This document shows positions 34,231 through 39,856 of a stretch of 39,856 nt of DNA, piece by piece. A program made the translations under genes and the position numbers. Source of the DNA: a virus. The notes under the pieces are model-generated. The model ran no database searches, was not told the origin of the DNA, and worked only from the letters and a program-made list of their open reading frames with translations. The stretch lies in the IMG/VR virus record IMGVR_UViG_3300045988_044783, positions 1 to 39,856 of that record, one strand, 5' to 3'. The stretch's first letter is position 1. Each line of letters begins with the position of its first letter.

Positions 34231-34659
34231 CTACTTTTGCAATTTTAAACTATCCCTTTTGAGGATTTTCATTTTCTCTAAATTTTCTTGATATATACGC
34301 ATCCCCTTGCGGGTGTTAGCGTGTTCCCATTGATTGTGATGTTCAAAGCAAAGTATGTTGATATTTCGAGGATCATGCGCTAACATCGGGAATGCTCCTC
34401 GAGTGCAAATATGCGAAATATAAACGGCTGAGTACCCTTTCAACGGCTTCAAGCATTCTTCGCAATAGTGAGGCTTAATCTCCCACATATACCGAAAAAA
34501 CCGCTCGTTTGCCCTCTGATCGTGACAGTCACCGAATAGACTTTTCAAATACTGATACCTTGCTTTAGGGTCTATATCGAAATATCGATTGAAAAGCAGG
34601 GGATTATATCCCCTACTTAAGCAATATTCTATTTCTTCCGGACTACTCAGCAGATACAT
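34231..34659 (-). CDS. HNH / NinG-like nuclease-fold protein (142 aa from ATG at 34659)
   Basis: CEEC...SHI...NINILCFEHHNQWE resembles the Cys-pair plus H-N-H core. The earlier track start would overlap the upstream gene by 155 nt. Confidence 0.5.
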   Translation of the reverse strand: MYLLSSPEEIEYCLSRGYNPLLFNRYFDIDPKARYQYLKSLFGDCHDQRANERFFRYMWEIKPHYCEECLKPLKGYSAVYISHICTRGAFPMLAHDPRNINILCFEHHNQWEHANTRKGMRIYQENLEKMKILKRDSLKLQK

Positions 34660-35266
34660 CGCTTTCAGTTTCTTCGTCAAAAAAGGAATCACCCTCTGTA
34701 TCGTCATCAGCGTCTTTAATATCGTCCGCCTCCGCAATCTCACCGAACATTGAAAGTTGTGCACGCTTACCCTTAAACAGATAATCAAATATTTCATGCT
34801 TCATACCCTCTAAGTCAGTATTCATGTCAATTTCAAATTTAAGTATTTCACCCTCCAAATTTATTTTAGGTGTCTGCATTTTAAACAGCGACAAGTCTAT
34901 ACCTGTAAACTCGTATTTGATAATTACTGTGTTCTTTTCTTCATCTCTCACAATCTCCCTAATTATAATTCGAGTAGCTTGTATCTCGAAGAAGTCTTTA
35001 AATTGCTTATCCAATTCCTTATCTTGTTTTGAAAGATCGGACAAGTAGGTGATGTTTGCAAAATTCATCAGACCCATAAGCCGGACGATATACCCTCTCA
35101 ATTTTCCGGCTGCGTTCGGCAAATCAGGGTGAGGATACTCTGGATTCTTCACTTTATGAAACGTCTTAACCGTTTCACCGTCAACATTCATACAGTCATT
35201 GTAATCTACTTCCAAACCGTTTGGAATGAACTTTACTCTCTTTAATTCAAAATTGTCGTACAACAT
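34643..35266 (-). CDS. Hypothetical protein with an acidic C-terminal tail (207 aa); possible ssDNA-binding or annealing factor
   Basis: Tail DDIKDADDDTEGDSFFDEETESDVSAE. Located in the recombination block. The functional guess is weak. Confidence 0.3.
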   Translation of the reverse strand: MLYDNFELKRVKFIPNGLEVDYNDCMNVDGETVKTFHKVKNPEYPHPDLPNAAGKLRGYIVRLMGLMNFANITYLSDLSKQDKELDKQFKDFFEIQATRIIIREIVRDEEKNTVIIKYEFTGIDLSLFKMQTPKINLEGEILKFEIDMNTDLEGMKHEIFDYLFKGKRAQLSMFGEIAEADDIKDADDDTEGDSFFDEETESDVSAE

Positions 35267-35267
35267 A

Positions 35268-35438
35268 CTAATATTCGTTTTTAGGTTTATAATGTTCGCA
35301 TACCCTTCCGATATTCGGGCAACTGCATAACTTTTGTTTTCTTTTGCTGCAATAGCATATCAAATTGTGATGGTCTGAGCTATATTTACATTCTGTACAA
35401 TGAACGAGGACTAAGTTTTGTTTATTCTTCTTCGCCAT
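35268..35438 (-). CDS. Small Cys/His-rich protein not in the ORF track (56 aa): MAKKNKQNLVLVHCTECKYSSDHHNLICYCSKRKQKLCSCPNIGRVCEHYKPKNEY
   Basis: Hand translation. It fills an apparent 155-nt gap exactly. The ATG overlaps the upstream gene by 17 nt and the TAG is 1 nt before the next ATG. Seven Cys and four His. Confidence 0.6.
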   Translation of the reverse strand: MAKKNKQNLVLVHCTECKYSSDHHNLICYCSKRKQKLCSCPNIGRVCEHYKPKNEY

Positions 35439-35748
35439 TCAAATAACTCTCCAATCTTTCATCAATTAATCGCTTATACTCAATAGCCAACGGATCGTTA
35501 ACCTCTAATTGGTTTTGAAATTTGCGGTGCGCTATCACTATTAAAGCCCTCGTCCTATCCAATAGCTCCGGCAAACCGTCCAAACGATAATCATACAACT
35601 GATGAATAATACAGTTTCTTCTAATTGAAATATCTCTCGTAATCTCCCGGCTTAAAATAGCATCCGGTGACACCGAAAGAGCCTCGCACATCAAGTCGAA
35701 TTTTTCTCTCAACGTCATTTCGCAATCTTCTACTCTAACTTCTTTCAT
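35422..35748 (-). CDS. DnaA C-terminal-domain-like HTH protein (108 aa)
   Basis: ILSREITRDISIRRNCIIHQLYDY...RTRALIVIAHRKF loosely resembles DnaA domain IV. Confidence 0.35.
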   Translation of the reverse strand: MKEVRVEDCEMTLREKFDLMCEALSVSPDAILSREITRDISIRRNCIIHQLYDYRLDGLPELLDRTRALIVIAHRKFQNQLEVNDPLAIEYKRLIDERLESYLNGEEE

Positions 35749-36185
35749 TTCTTTACGTATTTTGTTGCATCCTCTATAAAAACTCCAAGTTCTTCGGCTG
35801 CAAACTGTTTTAAAAAATCAATATACTCTACAAACTCACTGTTCGATAAATCGTTGATACTTACCGGGTCACTTCGATACTCACCCGTATCAATATCCAC
35901 GACCTCACCCATTGTTACCGGACACAAGTTCCGCATGTACAATTCGGTGTCTTTTTCGCTCCATCTATTACCATTGTCATACATTCCTTTTTGAAATTGT
36001 GGTACTACAACTTTGTAGTAATACGCTTTCATGGCAACCGATTGCGAAGGCTCGTAAACGCTAAAACTTGCTATGATATTCTTTCCCTTGTGCAGTTTCG
36101 CAAACTCGTTTAACTCACCCATGTACATCTGCAACTGTCCGTTACTCGTTACTTTTCCCGGTATTGTTATCCTGTTTTGCTTCAT
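35745..36185 (-). CDS. Hypothetical protein (146 aa)
   Basis: Track ORF with ATGA overlap downstream. Confidence 0.7.
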   Translation of the reverse strand: MKQNRITIPGKVTSNGQLQMYMGELNEFAKLHKGKNIIASFSVYEPSQSVAMKAYYYKVVVPQFQKGMYDNGNRWSEKDTELYMRNLCPVTMGEVVDIDTGEYRSDPVSINDLSNSEFVEYIDFLKQFAAEELGVFIEDATKYVKK

Positions 36186-36489
36186 TTTGTTTCATTTTAG
36201 AAAATACCTTAGCAAATACACTACCACACAAAGAAGAAATAAAACCACGAACGGCAGCAGGGAGATCGCTCTTTCTCAGCAGAATTTTTTCAAATTCTTC
36301 GATAATGTCCGAAACAGTCATATCGTCAATGCGATCTAACATAATCCTCTTCGTCAATCCTCCATTTCTCAGAATTTTGTTTTTCGCTTGTTCAACATCT
36401 GAACGCATAGTACTAAGCTGATTTGTTAATTCACCTTTAAACTCCTGTGATTTAATTACATCTTCAACCGTCATTTCATTAGTATTCAT
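36142..36489 (-). CDS. Hypothetical protein (115 aa), first gene after promoter 36539-36570
   Basis: Track ORF preceded by leader motif copy 36511-36522. Confidence 0.65.
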   Translation of the reverse strand: MNTNEMTVEDVIKSQEFKGELTNQLSTMRSDVEQAKNKILRNGGLTKRIMLDRIDDMTVSDIIEEFEKILLRKSDLPAAVRGFISSLCGSVFAKVFSKMKQNEAKQDNNTGKSNE

Positions 36490-36538
36490 ACTTTAATAAG
36501 TTTTTAAATCGTTACTACTATGATTAGTTTTCATGATG

Positions 36539-36570
36539 CAAATTAAATCAAAACTTTAATTATACGCAAA
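36539..36570 (-). promoter_or_regulatory. Variant promoter TTTG-N20-TTAATTTG
   Basis: caaattaa at 36539-36546 and caaa at 36567-36570. The -7 box deviates from TAnnTTTG. Confidence 0.35.
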
Positions 36571-36603
36571 TAAAAACGGGTAAATCTTTCCGAAATACCC
36601 GTT
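36566..36603 (-). terminator. Intrinsic terminator after the 76-aa gene
   Basis: Minus strand: AACGGGTA-(13-nt loop)-TACCCGTT-TTTATTTG. Confidence 0.7.
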
Positions 36604-36616
36604 ATTTAACATTCGT

Positions 36617-36847
36617 TTAGAATAAGCTGCCTTGTGAGTCTGTCAACTTTGCTATAATATCATCTACTTTCTTTTCTTCCTCCTCTTTCGCTTCCCTGTA
36701 CTTTTCACCGAATCTTTCGTATCTCTTTTGCTTTCCTCGCATTCTTATGACAGCTTGAATCGAAACATCGCTTATTTCGCTGTTTATTTGACCGCTACTC
36801 AACTTTCCTTTCATCTCTGAGTAATCTATCATATTCAAGGGAATCAT
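36617..36847 (-). CDS. Hypothetical small protein (76 aa; start uncertain)
   Basis: Track ORF that overlaps the RuvC-like gene end by 53 nt. An alternative ATG lies at 36814. Confidence 0.5.
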   Translation of the reverse strand: MIPLNMIDYSEMKGKLSSGQINSEISDVSIQAVIRMRGKQKRYERFGEKYREAKEEEEKKVDDIIAKLTDSQGSLF

Positions 36848-37385
36848 TCGTTAAATCAAAGGAAAACACGCAATCTGAACTATTAACTAAATGCTCCGGT
36901 ATCCATTTAGGTTTATTCGCCATCATCAATTGAGTAAAGCGAAGTATGCAAACCGCATCACTATTCCACTTAAAGACGTTACCAGCCGGGAAGGAACGTT
37001 TAGCAAACTGAAAATACTTCTCTTTTCTCAGCGACTTATCCTCTTTAGCTCCCTTTGTTCTCAGACCTAAACCAGTTTGCCACGTCATCGGAGTAACGAG
37101 CACTAAAGGTATTTCGAGAACTTTCGCACAGCATACAAGGTTGTTGTAGTTTTCAAGCATGGTAACTATGCGATATTGCTTACCTCCGGTATCATCACCC
37201 CTAATTGACAGCCTCTCAACAACAATCATTGGGCTACCGGAACGCTTAATCTTCTTAAATAGGTTGTATATAGCCAAAGGTTCCTCCGGCATTTTAACCG
37301 TTACAAGCGGGCTCCCAGGTTTATAAATAGCTATTCCCCCGGCTGATACACCGGGGTCAATTCCAACTAAAATATTAATTTCCAT
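36795..37385 (-). CDS. RuvC-like Holliday junction resolvase (196 aa from ATG at 37385)
   Basis: MEINILVGIDPGVSAGG (first catalytic Asp), IVVERL (Glu) and NSDAVCILRF (Asp) fit the RuvC-fold catalytic pattern. Confidence 0.7.
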   Translation of the reverse strand: MEINILVGIDPGVSAGGIAIYKPGSPLVTVKMPEEPLAIYNLFKKIKRSGSPMIVVERLSIRGDDTGGKQYRIVTMLENYNNLVCCAKVLEIPLVLVTPMTWQTGLGLRTKGAKEDKSLRKEKYFQFAKRSFPAGNVFKWNSDAVCILRFTQLMMANKPKWIPEHLVNSSDCVFSFDLTNDSLEYDRLLRDERKVE

Positions 37386-37389
37386 GTTT

Positions 37390-38313
37390 TTAATGTTTAT
37401 AGTAATACAAATCTTTAATGCTATCTTCCTCGCTAAGCATTTCATCCCAGTACCGGAACAACAAACGTTTCTTTGCTATCATTAAAGCCCGAAAATAAAC
37501 GGCTTCATGTTCAATTCCGAAAGTCGCTAAACATTCCTTTTCAAACACTTGTGCAAAGCTGTTTATCGGTCTTCCTTTAAATTGCGCTAAAGCTAACTTC
37601 TTATCCTCGTATGTCGGTATAGTATCCATGTCATACCCCAACCGTTCCATATACTTGAACGTTGACTCGCTTATAAGCCTATCAGATTCAGCCTTAAAGC
37701 GACCGCTATATTTATACTTCATAATAGCGAAAATAAAGTTGTTAGCCTGTACGTTTAAAAACGCTCTTTCTTGTTCCGGAGTCGCTTTCGGCTTATCAGG
37801 CAATAGCGCAGTAGTTTTTGCCATCATGTCCGCTTTACGCTTTCGGTATGCTTTCAATACCTTCGTTACGTAATCGACATTTAAGCTACCGTAGTGGTTT
37901 TTATCCGGATTCCCGTAGCGATCTTTAGGTAGGTAGTTATCAAGTTCACCGACAGCAAGCAATCGCCAAGCAAGCTTGACCTCAGCGAATGAAAGATCGT
38001 CAAAATACAAATCAATAACGTCAAAAATCGAGGAAAATACGCTTTTAACCGCACTACGTTCCGGTGCATTCAGACCAAAATCAGAACACACCCCGATAAA
38101 TATAATGCCTAAATACTCTATTTTCTTTTCTTCGCTTTCTTCTTCGGAAATTAATTTTCTCGTAGATTCTGCAAATATGCGCTGATCTACCTTAGAAAGC
38201 TGCTTTATTTTATTAGACTGTATTAATTCTCTATTTCTCTCTACGAATGACGGAAGTACGCCACCCGATAAAGCCACTTTTCCGCCTCTATTTTGATATT
38301 TCTCTATTTCCAT
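37390..38313 (-). CDS. Hypothetical replication-module protein (307 aa)
   Basis: Track ORF between the initiator and the resolvase. No NTPase motif seen. Confidence 0.65.
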   Translation of the reverse strand: MEIEKYQNRGGKVALSGGVLPSFVERNRELIQSNKIKQLSKVDQRIFAESTRKLISEEESEEKKIEYLGIIFIGVCSDFGLNAPERSAVKSVFSSIFDVIDLYFDDLSFAEVKLAWRLLAVGELDNYLPKDRYGNPDKNHYGSLNVDYVTKVLKAYRKRKADMMAKTTALLPDKPKATPEQERAFLNVQANNFIFAIMKYKYSGRFKAESDRLISESTFKYMERLGYDMDTIPTYEDKKLALAQFKGRPINSFAQVFEKECLATFGIEHEAVYFRALMIAKKRLLFRYWDEMLSEEDSIKDLYYYKH

Positions 38314-38372
38314 GTTAGATTACTCGTTTTTATTATGAAAGTCTTAAATTCGCAAAGCAAATGCCGTTCTCG

Positions 38373-39296
38373 TTAATCAAACGTCTCTGTTAGGTATCTC
38401 TCGTATATCTCCCGGTGCTCGTCATTGGCAAAATACTGCTTTGTCTTATATTGCTGAGAGTTGTTTTGCTGATATTGGTTAGTAGCTCCCGTTTTCTCTC
38501 TCAGCCATTGCATATATTGTTTTGGCGTTGATTCATACACAAGTGACGCCCACCCTTTCGATATACTTTGTTGAATAAGGCTTTTAGCAAACTCTTCTTC
38601 AAATTGCGCTATCTCGTTTAAGTTAGCTTGCATAGCTGTTAGAGTCTTTGTCTTTACACGCCATTTAGGTTGAGTCATTAGAACGTAGAATAAGCGTTTA
38701 AAGTCCTCGGACTCGAAAGGAAATGTTAGCTGAGTAAATAGATTATCCGTCCTTTCGATTGTTTTCTTTGTTACGTCAAGTCCTTTAGCTGTGAATCCAA
38801 ATATCTCGGAGGGTATAGGATCGTTATTTGATTCAACTTCGAATAAATCCGTTTCTTCGCGCTTGGCTACACTATAATCTACGTTAGTAGATTTAGTGTT
38901 ATTATTTATATTATCTAATATATTATTAGTGGCGATTTCCACCACACCCCTGTGGCGATTTTCACCACACCCCGTATTGTTATTCATTACAGTGTGGCGA
39001 TTTTCACCACACCCCGTATTTATGGCTACATATCTGCAAAACTTAACTCCATTTATAACAGTGTCACGCTTCTCTATAACTCCATTATCTACAAGACGTT
39101 TAACAATAAGTCTTGCGGTCTGTCTGCTCGTATTTAGCCACTCAGCTATATAAGACAAGGAGCCGTTGAACTCACTTTTCCCGTCTTGACTAAAACCATA
39201 TATCAATGCGTAGCATATCAGATCATTTCCGGTTAGATTCAACTCCTTAACCATCCAAGCCTGTATATTGATATAGTTTTTATTACTTAATGCCAT
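38373..39296 (-). CDS. Replication initiator / replisome-organizer-like protein with an N-terminal winged-helix domain (307 aa)
   Basis: LTGNDLICYALIYGFSQDGKSEFNGSLSYIAEWLNTSRQTARLIVKRLVDNGVIEK is a typical wHTH of phage initiators. The gene carries internal iterons. Confidence 0.6.
   Translation of the reverse strand: MALSNKNYINIQAWMVKELNLTGNDLICYALIYGFSQDGKSEFNGSLSYIAEWLNTSRQTARLIVKRLVDNGVIEKRDTVINGVKFCRYVAINTGCGENRHTVMNNNTGCGENRHRGVVEIATNNILDNINNNTKSTNVDYSVAKREETDLFEVESNNDPIPSEIFGFTAKGLDVTKKTIERTDNLFTQLTFPFESEDFKRLFYVLMTQPKWRVKTKTLTAMQANLNEIAQFEEEFAKSLIQQSISKGWASLVYESTPKQYMQWLREKTGATNQYQQNNSQQYKTKQYFANDEHREIYERYLTETFD
38929..39015. repeat. Iteron array, putative origin of replication: three copies of gtggcgatt(t/-)tc(c)accacacccc at 38929-38950, 38952-38973 and 38994-39015
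   Basis: Read directly. Copies 2 and 3 are identical over 27 nt (with gtatt). Start-to-start spacing is 23 and 42 bp. Each copy has the dyad GTGGCGA-ttt-TCACCAC. Flanked by AT-rich 38891-38928 (3 G/C in 38 nt). Confidence 0.7.
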
Positions 39297-39338
39297 AATT
39301 ATTTGTTTTTATAGGCGGGTATTACCCCGCCATGTTAT

Positions 39339-39856
39339 TTACTTCTTACCTAAAAACTTATTAACAAAATACCTTACTCCTTTCGGAGTAACAACCGTTG
39401 TATTATAGACCTTAGATTCTGAACCATCCATCACAATACGTTTCTTAATCTCAAACAGACCCATGTTCATATATGCTTGAGACGGCTGATTGCGTGACTC
39501 TCCTACGCTGCAAAGATAGCCCGCCTTTCTGAGGCGTTCATACAGTTGCTTTTCTCCGATCTGATAACCGTTTTGAGTGATTATCTTTGCAAGTTCACGG
39601 ATAAGAATAGACTTTTTAGACGCTTCAACCGCTTCGCTGAATAGAACTTTCGGTTTATCAGCCTCAATCTTTGCATTCTTTTCCTCAATCTGCTTTTGTT
39701 GGTTTTCAATAACTTCTTGTTGTTCGGCAGCAAGTAACAAGGCTTCACGGAATGATTTAGGAACGTTAAAGTTCCCCATACTGTTAGCTCTTTCCAGTTC
39801 TTCCCACCGGATAACGAGTTTTGCCCTCGCTTCATCGTTGAACTTTGTTGCTATAT
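39339..39856 (-). CDS. Rha/KilAC antirepressor-like protein, 3' part of the wrap-around gene (KilAC domain); 5' end is at 280..1
   Basis: The frame is open to the window end. PKSFREALLLAAEQ...KPKVLFSEAV...IRELAKII...NQPSQAYMNMGLFE matches the KilAC antirepressor domain. Confidence 0.8.
   Translation of the reverse strand, partial: IATKFNDEARAKLVIRWEELERANSMGNFNVPKSFREALLLAAEQQEVIENQQKQIEEKNAKIEADKPKVLFSEAVEASKKSILIRELAKIITQNGYQIGEKQLYERLRKAGYLCSVGESRNQPSQAYMNMGLFEIKKRIVMDGSESKVYNTTVVTPKGVRYFVNKFLGKK
39806..39856. repeat. Terminal direct repeat, right copy (identical to 1-51)
   Basis: Read directly. Confidence 0.95.

Noticed and set aside
39581-39835. Out-of-frame minus-strand ORFs nested in larger genes (39581..39835, 29659..29853, 10555..10755, 20372..20575, 37881..38069).
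   Set aside because: They are fully embedded in better-supported frames with recognisable domains, and their own sequences are basic, low-complexity read-through.
1-39856. Temperate lifestyle, given three antirepressor-like genes and a circular map.
   Set aside because: No integrase or recombinase, excisionase, CI/Cro-type repressor pair or attachment-site candidate was found, so lysogeny cannot be claimed from the sequence.

Overview
The window is a complete tailed-phage genome (Caudoviricetes, siphovirus-like: it has a tape measure protein and no sheath). Bases 1-51 are repeated exactly at 39806-39856, so the unique length is 39,805 bp. One Rha/KilAC antirepressor-like gene is split across the window ends. 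All credible genes (about 52) lie on the minus strand and are tightly packed, with many ATGA/TAATG junctions. The plus-strand ORFs in the track are antisense shadows.

Transcription order, in descending coordinates, starting from the early promoter at 875-904:
- Two small ORFs.
- The wrap-around Rha/KilAC gene.
- A replication initiator with internal iterons.
- A 307-aa hypothetical protein.
- A RuvC-like resolvase.
- A recombination/DNA-binding block: DnaA-C-like HTH, a missed 56-aa Cys-rich ORF, a protein with an acidic tail, an HNH/NinG-like protein, two membrane proteins and SSB.
- A second early cassette: small ORFs, Rha/KilAC paralog 2, MazG-like, DUF3310 and an N6-adenine methyltransferase.
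- The packaging and head module: TerS, TerL, a 211-aa protein, portal, scaffold and major capsid, followed by three neck-like genes.
- An early-type island with its own copy of the early promoter: a 62-aa ORF, Rha/KilAC paralog 3, three tandem CxxC mini-proteins and two paralogous small ORFs.
- The tail module: a membrane protein, two chaperone-like ORFs, a 1047-aa tape measure, a 724-aa Dit-like protein and a 2029-aa modular fibre.
- The lysis module: holin-like protein, M15 endolysin and a spanin-like protein.
- A 400-bp gene-free region.

Promoter-like sites fit the Bacteroidota -33 TTTG / -7 TAnnTTTG pattern, and start codons lack Shine-Dalgarno sequences, so a Bacteroidota host is inferred. 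I found no integrase, CI-type repressor, tRNA, CRISPR array, reverse transcriptase or recognisable defence system.

The most unusual feature is a triplicated regulatory cassette. Each copy has a terminator, an identical 24-nt element, a promoter and a conserved leader, and each heads an operon with a small ORF and one Rha/KilAC paralog. One copy, together with the CxxC mini-protein array, sits inside the virion-gene block. Other notable features are iterons with an AT-rich tract inside the initiator gene, two covarying hairpins with a conserved 16-nt loop, a perfect 15-bp x3 in-frame repeat in the methyltransferase, and a four-module tail fibre.
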